DNA of 50,565 nucleotides. It comes from a virus (lineage: Duplodnaviria; Caudoviricetes). The position numbers and the translations under genes are program-made. The stretch lies in the IMG/VR virus record IMGVR_UViG_3300018031_000008, positions 1-50,565 of that record, one strand, 5' to 3'. Shown in pieces: positions 27,508 through 36,252 of the stretch (its first letter is position 1; each line of letters begins with the position of its first letter). Below the pieces are notes generated by a model, which saw only the letters and a list, made by a program, of their open reading frames with translations, ran no database searches and had not been told where the DNA came from.

Positions 27508-27681
27508 TCAGAGTGCTGTATATCCATGCCGATCACAGCGCAACACCCCCTCCGTTAATGTCCACCCCTCCAAGAGGTGAGGAACAGGCCCAGCACTAGG
27601 CAGTACTCCGGTGTATTCGTACTTCTCACTTTTCTGGATTCCGCACTCGTCACACGCGTAGGTGACACGCAATTCGATCAC
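27508..27681 (-). CDS. small zinc-finger protein similar to 27256-27486 (not in ORF track)
   Basis: MIELRVTYACDECG...LEGW...LRCDRH; GTGA overlap with upstream stop. Confidence 0.55.
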   Translation of the reverse strand: MIELRVTYACDECGIQKSEKYEYTGVLPSAGPVPHLLEGWTLTEGVLRCDRHGYTAL

Positions 27682-27893
27682 AGATCCTCCGCTTTTAATT
27701 CCCCCGTACCTTTAAGCTCTCCGAATCCTTTAGCTAGATCTCGCGCAAAACCTGTCTGCAGGAATACCTCTTCTATTGTTAGTCCTAACTGCCCGCACGC
27801 CAAGCACCTCTTACAAGTAGGACAAGTATTAGGATACCAACAGCAGGTACAAATACCCGATTTTGTCCCTCCGCAATCGTTGCAGTTTATCAT
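27678..27893 (-). CDS. small Cys-rich protein
   Basis: Multiple CxxC; coupled to neighbours. Confidence 0.55.
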   Translation of the reverse strand: MINCNDCGGTKSGICTCCWYPNTCPTCKRCLACGQLGLTIEEVFLQTGFARDLAKGFGELKGTGELKAEDL

Positions 27894-28129
27894 GACCCAT
27901 GTTCATCCACACGCTCCCACGCGAGGGGAGAATAAAACATAAGGCATTCCCCGCCCAAATAAGGTATGGTAACTTTCCGTGTAAAATAGTATTCCCCTTG
28001 CTCGTCCACAAACTTTTCCCCCTCAGTAAGCCCCCACTCACAACACAACGTGGGCACACGTTGAACAACTCTGTATGTTGCTCCCACCTCTACGCGAGCA
28101 ATCACACGGTGCCCATCGTCGCGGGGCAT
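27890..28129 (-). CDS. hypothetical protein
   Basis: Fills operon gap; start uncertain. Confidence 0.5.
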   Translation of the reverse strand: MPRDDGHRVIARVEVGATYRVVQRVPTLCCEWGLTEGEKFVDEQGEYYFTRKVTIPYLGGECLMFYSPLAWERVDEHGS

Positions 28130-28890
28130 ACATGCCCTTGCATGATAGGAGTGGTCGGATGTGTTTCCCTATACCCACACTTTGGGCAGATCATGGGGTA
28201 GATCATCTCAAAAGACTCCACGTCTTCAGGTGTTCCGAGACTCTTGAACTCGTCCACGTTCACCGCCTTCACTTTCGCCCCGTACCGTTCGATCACTTCG
28301 TTGTATGTCGGCGCAAGGTAGAACTCCCCCCTGATCCGGTGATTCTGTGCGATAAGGATACAGCACGCGTCCACGAGATCCTGAGCATGCCGCCACCAGT
28401 AAAATCCCACAGTAGCCTTAACGGATATGGGCTTCTTCTCGGCAACTTCTGTGATCCACCCATCCACTTCTCGTACATAGCTCCACCGATCCCCCTCGCC
28501 CCGGAATGTGAGGACATATCCATCCCATTTTTCCTTCAGCGCCTGTTCCTGCAACGCCTCCAAATCATGACGGAACCACTGATCGGCGTTCATCACGGCC
28601 ACTGGCTCCCCCGGGGGCAATGCGAGAGCAGCGGCCAAGACAGTGCACGCAGCGCCCTGGGTGGGGCCCCAGAGGAAAAACGAGAAAAGGTTGCGTTTAT
28701 TCCCAATAGGGCCACATCCGTGTATTTCGTTGCTGTTGAGCACCAGGTGAATATTCCACTCGGGGGGTATAGGATCAAGAGCCCACTCGATCATGTGTCT
28801 GCCCCCGATCTTGATAAGTGGCTTGGGCACAGTATACCCCGCCTCCTTAAACCGCCTGCCGGCACCCGCCATAGGAACGATGAGGTGCAT
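28102..28890 (-). CDS. sugar-phosphate/phospho-substrate nucleotidyltransferase (NTP_transferase family)
   Basis: IVPMAGAGRRF..AGY..PKPLI, TQGAACTVL, NADQ, VAEKKPIS, GEFYLAPTYN, LGTPED. Confidence 0.9.
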   Translation of the reverse strand: MHLIVPMAGAGRRFKEAGYTVPKPLIKIGGRHMIEWALDPIPPEWNIHLVLNSNEIHGCGPIGNKRNLFSFFLWGPTQGAACTVLAAALALPPGEPVAVMNADQWFRHDLEALQEQALKEKWDGYVLTFRGEGDRWSYVREVDGWITEVAEKKPISVKATVGFYWWRHAQDLVDACCILIAQNHRIRGEFYLAPTYNEVIERYGAKVKAVNVDEFKSLGTPEDVESFEMIYPMICPKCGYRETHPTTPIMQGHVCPATMGTV

Positions 28891-28936
28891 TGTCATTCCT
28901 CCTCGTCTCGTTGGCATGTTTCACAAACTTTGCGCA

Positions 28937-29398
28937 TTAGGTCTGCTCCACGAGCTTTGCCCGCCCCTTCTGCTCTGCCTGTGCAAAACATTCGGGGCAG
29001 AGGGCATAGCCTGTTTTTGTGCTGATGTACGCCTCCCCAGCATTAAAGATCTTCTCACAGAGCACATTCGAACAGACGGTCGTGGGGGGTTCAGCACAAA
29101 GTAAAGGACTCTCATTTGCGTGCTGGACCGTGAAAGGAACGTCTCGGCGAATGTTCAATTCGAGAACATGAAAGAGATATCCTAGCGGATCCGGAGACTC
29201 CACTATTTCGTGATACGGAATAGTAACGAGTTTATAGTATACCCGATTCGACGCATCGCACCGAAACACCATGGTAAGGAGAACCACCTTGTGGTTTTCA
29301 TCAAAGCACTGGGAAAACCCTATGATGTCGGGGTAGAGATGTTGAAGGCGGGCAAACATCTCCTCTATCGCAAGTCTGGGAAAGGGAAAGGTCACCAT
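28937..29398 (-). CDS. hypothetical protein with C-terminal zinc finger
   Basis: CSNVLC...CPEC; overlaps HAD stop. Confidence 0.6.
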   Translation of the reverse strand: MVTFPFPRLAIEEMFARLQHLYPDIIGFSQCFDENHKVVLLTMVFRCDASNRVYYKLVTIPYHEIVESPDPLGYLFHVLELNIRRDVPFTVQHANESPLLCAEPPTTVCSNVLCEKIFNAGEAYISTKTGYALCPECFAQAEQKGRAKLVEQT

Positions 29399-30063
29399 GA
29401 GACAATCTCCACGTGAGAATGCTCGCCCACCGCCCTGTGGATTCTCGGGAGGAGAGCGAGGGTCACCTCCTCAGGCCCCGCGACAGAGACTAGCCGGCAC
29501 CTCGCTGCCAACGCCGAGGCCTTCCCTGGCTCGGAGTCCTCGACAACGACAAGATCGCACGGAGAAATTTGAAAACGCATCGCCGCCTCCAGGTACATCC
29601 CTGGATCCGGCTTTGGGGGGGCGTCTTCGTTGGAAAGATAGAATTCGGTGAAGTCCAACAATCCCGAGAAGAGCAGCATCATTCGCACGGACTCTCGCAC
29701 CGCATTGGAGCAGACGGCGATCCTCCATCCCGTCACTTTCAACTCCGAGAGGAGATCACACTTGCCCTTCTCGGGGCGTAATTCTTTGATGGCCTCAACC
29801 GTATAGTGCTGCTTTATGGAGGCCAAGTACTGCACGGTGTCTCCCAGAACTCTTCCGCGATTGGGGATTCGCCCTTGATCCAGAAGCATCCTCAATTTTA
29901 CTCGTGTGGGTAACCCTTTGAACACCGTATGATGCTCCTCGGGAGTAATCGTCGCATGCGGGCCATACCCTTGGAGGGCGTCGTTAAGCGCCTGAAAGTG
30001 CAAAAAATCACAATCACACAGGACCCCGTCAAGGTCGAAAGCAATGTATTTCTGATCTTTCAC
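29392..30063 (-). CDS. HAD-superfamily phosphatase (beta-PGM-like)
   Basis: FDLDGVL, VCSNA, PKPDPGMY, VEDSEPG. Confidence 0.9.
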   Translation of the reverse strand: MKDQKYIAFDLDGVLCDCDFLHFQALNDALQGYGPHATITPEEHHTVFKGLPTRVKLRMLLDQGRIPNRGRVLGDTVQYLASIKQHYTVEAIKELRPEKGKCDLLSELKVTGWRIAVCSNAVRESVRMMLLFSGLLDFTEFYLSNEDAPPKPDPGMYLEAAMRFQISPCDLVVVEDSEPGKASALAARCRLVSVAGPEEVTLALLPRIHRAVGEHSHVEIVSW

Positions 30064-30407
30064 GCCCCCTCCCCCCGTGGCACAACGTGAAGAGGGGTCT
30101 CCTCCGGGATGCCCGCTGAGGCATACGTGGCCAGGAGAGAGTTATCCAACAGGACATGCTCACGATCAATATGAAAGTCCGCGACCAGACGGCCCACGGG
30201 ATAGCGTTGGTCAATCCATTTCTTGTAGGCATACACGTCGGGCATATGGGCCCGCACAATGGCATCTATCTGACTCACCGTATTCATGTCGTGAAAAAAG
30301 GCGTAGATGGTGACAATGGTCCCCCGAGGAATGAGGAGATCGGAGACTACTGCTCCAGAGGACTCTTTCCTTTTCTGCCACTTACGGAGTAGGGAAAACA
30401 GCCACAT
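30060..30407 (-). CDS. hypothetical protein
   Basis: GTGA coupling with HAD; likely start MWLFS. Confidence 0.55.
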   Translation of the reverse strand: MWLFSLLRKWQKRKESSGAVVSDLLIPRGTIVTIYAFFHDMNTVSQIDAIVRAHMPDVYAYKKWIDQRYPVGRLVADFHIDREHVLLDNSLLATYASAGIPEETPLHVVPRGEGA

Positions 30408-30409
30408 GG

Positions 30410-30733
30410 TTACCCCCGCACTGCAGACACTTTTTCGTTCCGCTTCTCCGCGAGTTCCATCAGGGTCACCGGTCTGACAACACAGTCGCAGCACAAAAAC
30501 ACTTCCTCCATGAGTTCTTTGTGATCCTCCTCGTCCATGGCAACCGCCACCGCGTCCACAGTGGGAGCAAAGACCTCGGCGAGGGCGAGGGATCCCCCCC
30601 AACACTGTGTCAAACCCAACACCTGGTTAGTGGCCTGTGGCTTAAACACGGCGATGGAGAATCTCGCCACATAGAACGCTGGGGCAATTCTCCCCCCACA
30701 GGCATCGCAGGGGCGTATCTCCGATAGCTTCAT
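30410..30733 (-). CDS. hypothetical zinc-binding protein
   Basis: CDAC...CCDC; AAGGAG RBS. Confidence 0.65.
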   Translation of the reverse strand: MKLSEIRPCDACGGRIAPAFYVARFSIAVFKPQATNQVLGLTQCWGGSLALAEVFAPTVDAVAVAMDEEDHKELMEEVFLCCDCVVRPVTLMELAEKRNEKVSAVRG

Positions 30734-30817
30734 AGGGTCTCCTTATTTTTCCCCACTCACACAAAATCTCCACTCGTTGCATCCAGGAGAAAGGGCGATT
30801 GCCAAGTAAGGGAGCGC

Positions 30818-31258
30818 TTACGACTCTTCGGCATTCGTCGCCTTCTCCGCCCGTTCCTGTTCCTTCTCCCACTCCTCGAGTCTGTTCAGCTCTATTCTGC
30901 GGAGTGTGGCCTCTAACTCTTCGCGTTGCTGGACAGTCGCCGCCACAATGCGTACAGACTCCACATCCTCAGGTCGGAACATCTCCGTGAAAGGTGCGCG
31001 TCTCGGTGTGAGGCGCGAGGTTACCCCCCAGGGACCTGTGTGCACGATCACGTGCATTCGTCGGTGCATCCAGGGGACAACATAGTGGTAGAAAAAGTAT
31101 TCCGCTTCGTCGTAGCGGGGGAGAAAGAGCACTGCGCCCAACCTTCCCCGTCGCTGCAGATAGAGGGCGAACCGATTGTTCGCAAAGGCGGCCTTCTCCT
31201 GTCGCCGCCGTCGGTGTGTATCGTACCGTGTCAAAATCCAATCTATCACTGAGGACAT
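30818..31258 (-). CDS. hypothetical protein
   Basis: AAGGAG RBS; C-terminal coiled coil. Confidence 0.6.
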   Translation of the reverse strand: MSSVIDWILTRYDTHRRRRQEKAAFANNRFALYLQRRGRLGAVLFLPRYDEAEYFFYHYVVPWMHRRMHVIVHTGPWGVTSRLTPRRAPFTEMFRPEDVESVRIVAATVQQREELEATLRRIELNRLEEWEKEQERAEKATNAEES

Positions 31259-31481
31259 AGCAATTCTCCTTTATCTACCCGTTCTCCTTCGGTAGGAGTT
31301 CCCTCCCTCTCAAATGCCCTATTTCCCAGGGGATTCTACTCTCCCCATCAAATTCTCTGGGATAGCCACTGCCCATTGATGCACACCCAAAACTGCCGCC
31401 AACAGGCGCATCCAGGGAGGTGGTGTGCGAAACAGTACGCGATCTGTAGGAGAAGGCCCGATGGCCCAGTGATTATCTTAA

Positions 31482-32267
31482 TCATTTTCCCCCCTTCCCG
31501 TCTTTCTGTGCCCACACCCACAGCCACCCGTCGGGTTTTCCCGTTTCCCGCCGCTCCCACGACACCGCCGCTGTGTCCATCTCCGTGCGCCATGTCTCGT
31601 GCACAGTGAACCCCACCTGCGGGAGATAGCCCCCAATCTCCTCCTCGGTGCACACAACGTCGGGGGCGGTGTAGAGATCGGGGGTCCCTCGCTCAAACCA
31701 GCGGATGTGCTTCCCCGAATCGTCCGCGTTCAATTGCACCAGGAGGTGCCCTCCCGGACGAAGGACGCGGGCAAACTCCCGGAAGTACCTATGGCGCACG
31801 GGGAAAAACTGGATATGCTGCAAGGCAATCGTCGAAACCACCACGGAGAAACTTTCTGGGGGGAAGGGGAGGCTCCCATCTCCCGGAATGGCGACGAAGG
31901 TCGCTCGAGGGACAATCTGGGCCGCACGAGCCAAGGCCCTTCGGCTCACATCTACGCCCACAACGTGCCCGACACGATGGATAAGACAGTAATCCCAGAC
32001 CACTCGCGTCAGCCTGCCGATACCACAGGCAAAATCGAGCACGCTGTCATGATCTTTTATGACTTTGTGAAGTGAGGGCCGAACAATTCTCTCCTGCAAC
32101 GCCATGTGGCCAGACAAGTTCCCCACCAGCGCTTCGGGATCCACACTTTCACAGTAGGCGCGGCAGACGGTGGCGTATTGGGTAATCTCCTCCTCCGTCG
32201 CGTCGGCCAGGCGGGAAATGAGGGCATCCGGGGCGAGATTTTCTTTGATCACAACGTCACTCTCCAT
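31482..32267 (-). CDS. class I SAM-dependent methyltransferase (Methyltransf_11/25-like)
   Basis: VLDFACGIGR, GVDVS, LPFPPESF, LQHI, ARVLRPGG. Confidence 0.9.
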   Translation of the reverse strand: MESDVVIKENLAPDALISRLADATEEEITQYATVCRAYCESVDPEALVGNLSGHMALQERIVRPSLHKVIKDHDSVLDFACGIGRLTRVVWDYCLIHRVGHVVGVDVSRRALARAAQIVPRATFVAIPGDGSLPFPPESFSVVVSTIALQHIQFFPVRHRYFREFARVLRPGGHLLVQLNADDSGKHIRWFERGTPDLYTAPDVVCTEEEIGGYLPQVGFTVHETWRTEMDTAAVSWERRETGKPDGWLWVWAQKDGKGGK

Positions 32268-32931
32268 GCAGCCTCCTAACCCACCAAATCTGGTCGGGAC
32301 CGTTCTCGAGGGGCCCCCACGCAGGCTGATGGGTGGCCACCCAGGTGGTGACAGGTTCGCGCACGGTCCCCTGCTCCCTATCGTGCCCACAGAGGATCCC
32401 TCCCCGTTTTACCCGAGGTCCCCACGCGTCCAGATCGGCGTGCACCGCCTCGCGGCTGTGATCCCCATCGAGAAACACGAGATCACACGACAGAGGAGGG
32501 AAAAATTCTGCCACCTGGGGAGAGGAACCCACGAGGCCCACCACTCGATCCCCGACCCCCGCGCGGGCCACATTCCGACAGAACTCTTGAAGAGTTTCCG
32601 TGAGAACGTCTGTGCGCTGAAGGAACCGCTGGAGGCGTTCCAAAGCGGGGGATCCCGTCTGCCCATCGGAGGCCTGAAAAGTGTCCACGGCAATGACCCG
32701 GGGCCCCCCTAACGCGAGTGCAATGGCTTTCCCGCCTACCCACGTTCCGACTTCTACGGCCAGACCCTCTCCTCCAATTTCCACACCCCGTGCGTGCAGC
32801 CATCCCACGGTAGAATCCTGGGACAGCTGGTGAATCCCCGAGAGGCACTGCGCCACCTGGAGAGAGAGGGCCTCTGCAAGTTCAGAGAGAGGCTGCGGGC
32901 GGGATACAGCGGTGTTAGGCATCATGTTCAT
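32257..32931 (-). CDS. class I SAM-dependent methyltransferase (Methyltransf_24-like)
   Basis: VEVGTWVG, AVDTF, VFLDGDHS, VKRGGILCGHD. Confidence 0.88.
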   Translation of the reverse strand: MNMMPNTAVSRPQPLSELAEALSLQVAQCLSGIHQLSQDSTVGWLHARGVEIGGEGLAVEVGTWVGGKAIALALGGPRVIAVDTFQASDGQTGSPALERLQRFLQRTDVLTETLQEFCRNVARAGVGDRVVGLVGSSPQVAEFFPPLSCDLVFLDGDHSREAVHADLDAWGPRVKRGGILCGHDREQGTVREPVTTWVATHQPAWGPLENGPDQIWWVRRLHGE

Positions 32932-33377
32932 TAGGGTCGTGTGACTCCCACGTGCCGATAGGGGGCCATGAGGAACATCCGTGTCCGCCTGTCGTCCGTC
33001 GTCGGGTCCGTTCCCCCCGCCCAAAAGACGCCGTTCCCTGTCAGGGTCTCAATACGCATCGCCAGCTGAATATGATCCCACCCCGACGCGACGTGCCAGA
33101 GTTGAGTCACCCCCACAGCATACCCCGCCAGAATGGCGTACTTGCGTGGAGTGCCCACCACAATAACACTATTCACCGCAAGGCTCATGCGGCAGCGCAC
33201 GGGCAACTGGCCTCCTGTTTCCGCCAAGTCCCCCGTGAGGACAACACAATTATCCCCTGGGCTTCCATCATTCTCCAAGTACAACCCGTTGCGCACCCAA
33301 TCTGGCTGTACGGCCCACTGTATCCCGCTAAAGGCACTCAAAAAAGGAAGAGGTCCTGTATCATAGCGCTGTGTCAT
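32931..33377 (-). CDS. hypothetical beta-rich protein
   Basis: TAATG coupling to the methyltransferase. Confidence 0.6.
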   Translation of the reverse strand: MTQRYDTGPLPFLSAFSGIQWAVQPDWVRNGLYLENDGSPGDNCVVLTGDLAETGGQLPVRCRMSLAVNSVIVVGTPRKYAILAGYAVGVTQLWHVASGWDHIQLAMRIETLTGNGVFWAGGTDPTTDDRRTRMFLMAPYRHVGVTRP

Positions 33378-33387
33378 GGCTCTCTTC

Positions 33388-33479
33388 TCAGGTCCACCAG
33401 GGGTCCTCCAGAAACAGGGTCGCCTCTTTCTTCAGGAAAGACCCCAAGAAGCAGGGGAAATCTGTGCAAATGCCGTCTG
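33388..33479 (-). pseudogene. diverged duplicate of the 3' end of the GDPD-like gene
   Basis: DGICTDFPCFLGSFLKKEATLFLEDPWWT* versus DGICTDFPGLLKSFLSVESPLFPENPWWN* at 33856-33947; no in-frame start. Confidence 0.8.
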
Positions 33480-33499
33480 AAGGGCAAGAGCATCTGTGA

Positions 33500-33856
33500 T
33501 CATCGAGACCCTCTAGCAAAATCACTCTCTTGAATAAACCGCCAGCCCGCTACTCCCGCAGCGCTCTGATCATCCGACGCCCCGCTTATGCCAAGAATAT
33601 TCCCCACCATAACATAGTCCTCCGCAGGGACATACATTTTGACCTGAGCCAAAAACTCTGCCTTGCCAATGCCTACGTTGAAGAAAGAAAACAGATAATG
33701 CCATCCGTTCACATATCGCGTGACAACGCCCCAATTTCCGCATAACCCAAGGATATGACCAGCCTTGCTTAGTTCGATTAAATCAACAAATGTAATGGGG
33801 CCCCCCGAAATCTCCAACGTCTCATCCACATCAAAAGCATAAATTTTCCTTTGCAT
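33500..33856 (-). CDS. small capless HAD-like phosphatase
   Basis: YAFDVDETL, MVGN...SDD; TAATG coupling. Confidence 0.75.
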   Translation of the reverse strand: MQRKIYAFDVDETLEISGGPITFVDLIELSKAGHILGLCGNWGVVTRYVNGWHYLFSFFNVGIGKAEFLAQVKMYVPAEDYVMVGNILGISGASDDQSAAGVAGWRFIQESDFARGSR

Positions 33857-34566
33857 TAGTTCCACCAGGGATTCTCCGGAAACAAGGGAGACTCTACGCT
33901 GAGGAAAGACTTCAAGAGCCCAGGGAAATCTGTACAGATGCCGTCTGCCTCTCGCCACTGATCCCACACCGCAAGAGTGAGCGGACGATCATGCAGTTCC
34001 GGACTGACAACGTAGGCCGCCTTCCCCGCAGCATGCACTTGCTCAATCACAGCCGCCGTCACCCAGTCTCGCTCAAAGGCGTCCAGCCAAACCCCGACAC
34101 CCAGAGAATTATGCAACACGGAGAGGAGACTTTCTTCGGGTTTGTCCGAGGCCCTGAGAAGGATAGGCACACCCGTCGCGAGAAGAGAGTTCTGTGTCGC
34201 ATCTCCACAGAAGTCCCAATCAAAGAGAACAGATTTCTGGCGCAGGCCGACATCAGGTGCGGAATGCGTATCGAGGAACTCGGCAAGAAGGGGGACAGCA
34301 GCAACCTCTTTGATGTTCCAGAAAATGCGCGACGCCTTGGCGAGGGCGGGGAGAAGGCGATCCACACGATAGGACACATCCTCCGGACCGTGGGCCACTA
34401 TCAACACACCCCGGGGAGACAGCACCTTAGTGCCCCAATACCTCACGCGAACATCAATCTCGAGGCCATGATCCGCCTGGGCCGCCGCGTGAAACGCCTC
34501 CACCGTGTTTTGTTGGCGAGGGTCGGGCCACCACACACCCCTGTGAGAGATAGGCAAGGCTCTCAT
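33856..34566 (-). CDS. glycerophosphodiester phosphodiesterase / PI-PLC-like TIM barrel
   Basis: ISHRG..QQNTVEAF, GLEIDVR, NIKE, VWLDAF, VSPELH, DGICTDFP. Confidence 0.8.
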   Translation of the reverse strand: MRALPISHRGVWWPDPRQQNTVEAFHAAAQADHGLEIDVRVRYWGTKVLSPRGVLIVAHGPEDVSYRVDRLLPALAKASRIFWNIKEVAAVPLLAEFLDTHSAPDVGLRQKSVLFDWDFCGDATQNSLLATGVPILLRASDKPEESLLSVLHNSLGVGVWLDAFERDWVTAAVIEQVHAAGKAAYVVSPELHDRPLTLAVWDQWREADGICTDFPGLLKSFLSVESPLFPENPWWN

Positions 34567-34577
34567 GAGACACCTCC

Positions 34578-34607
34578 GTCAGGGGGAGGAACAGCCCTCC
34601 CCCTGAC
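34578..34607 (-). promoter_or_regulatory. 12-bp perfect hairpin between capsid and modification cassette
   Basis: GTCAGGGGGAGG/CCTCCCCCTGAC; no U-tract; abuts the GGAGG RBS of the next gene. Confidence 0.55.
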
Positions 34608-34725
34608 CAGTGAGGTGTGGGGGCACTGCAGAGATCCTTCTACCGAAACGGGGGCTTCTTTTTCCTGCCCATCCTTGGTCCAGTGGTCAGCCACGACACT
34701 CTCCTTCCCTGGGAACTCCAGGCGG

Positions 34726-35730
34726 TTACGCGATCACGCTGCCCACGACGGAGGCGAAGTTCTTCCCCGTGATCTTCTCATCCTGGTAGAACCCAATCTC
34801 GAGAATCTCGCCCTTCAGCCGCCGATCAAACCCATAGTTCTCGACGACCAAGTTCGGCAGTCCCGGACGGGCCCAGCGGAAGCTGTACCCATACGAGGGG
34901 CGGTCTTTCGCCACGGTAGGCGGCGCGTAGTAGACGAGGGCATGGGGCCCCCAGATATCCGACAGCGACTGCGCCAACCCTTCCGCTGCCGTGTTCTTCA
35001 TCGTGCCCCCCACCAAAACCTCCTCAAAGTCAAACAGCGCTTTGACATGGTTCATGTTGGGGATCCCGGGGCCCGCCACCGCATTCGCGGCGGGGAACAG
35101 CACCTTGCGGACTTCTGTGTTCAGCTTGAAGTACCGCCACGCCTGCCACCCAAAGACAATGCGGTTCGGGGTGTACCCTGTCACGCCCCGGACCTGTTCC
35201 TTCGCCCGATCAATATCGAGCAACGGATTGGAGTTGACCGTGTCACTCCACAAGCTGGTGGCCGAGGTCCACGTGGACACATTGGCACTGTTAATCACCA
35301 ACGTCGCCACACGATCTTCCCAGTCCAAGGTCAACAGGTCTTGGACAAACATGGACTTCGACTGCCGGAGGTTGAGGACCTGGTCGGCATTGGTGAGATC
35401 CTCCAGGCTCACCCCCGTCGCGAGAGCGTAGTTTTTGGCAAAGTACGTCCCCGTGGACACGTTGAGATCCACCATCTTGGCCATCGTCAACGGGGAGCGT
35501 TTGGTATCCGGAATGCGCCACAGATCCGCCTGCGTGAACTCATAGTACATGTCGGACTGTTTCGCCACGTCCACGATGGGGAACACCATATCCACAATGC
35601 TCCCCGCCGGGCGGTAGTTGATGAGCAAGTCTGCTAACGGGCCGTCAATGTGGACGTCGCGGCCCGTCGCATCGTATCCGTGCAGCTCGGTGATCGAGCC
35701 ATCCGGATTCACGAGCTTCAGCGTTCGCAC
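34726..35730 (-). CDS. major capsid protein (HK97 fold, lambda gpE-like)
   Basis: DVHIDGPLADLLINY, VFPIVDVAKQSD, WSDTVNSNPLLDI, PNRIVFG, PSYGYSF; follows decoration gene. Confidence 0.9.
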   Translation of the reverse strand: MRTLKLVNPDGSITELHGYDATGRDVHIDGPLADLLINYRPAGSIVDMVFPIVDVAKQSDMYYEFTQADLWRIPDTKRSPLTMAKMVDLNVSTGTYFAKNYALATGVSLEDLTNADQVLNLRQSKSMFVQDLLTLDWEDRVATLVINSANVSTWTSATSLWSDTVNSNPLLDIDRAKEQVRGVTGYTPNRIVFGWQAWRYFKLNTEVRKVLFPAANAVAGPGIPNMNHVKALFDFEEVLVGGTMKNTAAEGLAQSLSDIWGPHALVYYAPPTVAKDRPSYGYSFRWARPGLPNLVVENYGFDRRLKGEILEIGFYQDEKITGKNFASVVGSVIA

Positions 35731-35760
35731 GACAGTTCTCCTTTCGCCACTGACGGTCAG

Positions 35761-36195
35761 TTAGTTCGAGTTCACAACAGAGAACAGGCCCTTGGTCAAC
35801 ATCTCCACGATGCCCCCGGAGGCCACCGTGTCCAGAGCCTGTGCGACCAGCACAATCCCCGATCCGGGGTTCGTAAAGGCGTTGCTCCCCGACAGGGTGC
35901 TGGTTTGAGGGACCGCCCGTGCCCCCGGGATAAAGAATCCCGACCGCACGGTCAGAAGGTCTCCCCGGGTAATCGCCAACCCTGCCACCCCCTTGGTAAT
36001 CCCCAGGTAGATGACAGTCGCGTGCTCCAACGAGTTAGGCTTATTCTGCAGGGCGCCGATGTACGTCTGCTCGCGCCCCCCACAGAGGTTCACCCGTCCA
36101 TTGGAGTCGAGCAACAGCGCCTTAAACTGGTGCGTTCGCAAATCAATCGCCGATTCGAACGTCCAGGTTAAGGCCTCTCCCGACTTTTCGGCCAT
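35761..36195 (-). CDS. head decoration / capsid cement protein (DUF2190-like)
   Basis: GALQNKP, GITKGVAGLAITRGDLL, AQALDTVASGGIVEML. Confidence 0.8.
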   Translation of the reverse strand: MAEKSGEALTWTFESAIDLRTHQFKALLLDSNGRVNLCGGREQTYIGALQNKPNSLEHATVIYLGITKGVAGLAITRGDLLTVRSGFFIPGARAVPQTSTLSGSNAFTNPGSGIVLVAQALDTVASGGIVEMLTKGLFSVVNSN

Positions 36196-36252
36196 GAGAT
36201 GGCCCTTTCCTGCCACACCGGGCACAGCGGACGTCTCCGTTGTGGAGACGGT

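Noticed and set aside
33388-33947. DGR template/variable repeat pair
   Set aside because: Differences are not confined to adenines and no reverse transcriptase is present.
21131-34566. DNA hypermodification cluster
   Set aside because: Not excluded, but no hydroxymethylase, TET/JBP or thymidylate-synthase-like gene is seen, and the position and GT2 type favour protein acceptors.
33991-35637. 548-aa plus-strand ORF, and other long plus-strand ORFs
   Set aside because: Antisense to the capsid and GDPD-like genes; all genes with motifs and RBSs are on the minus strand.
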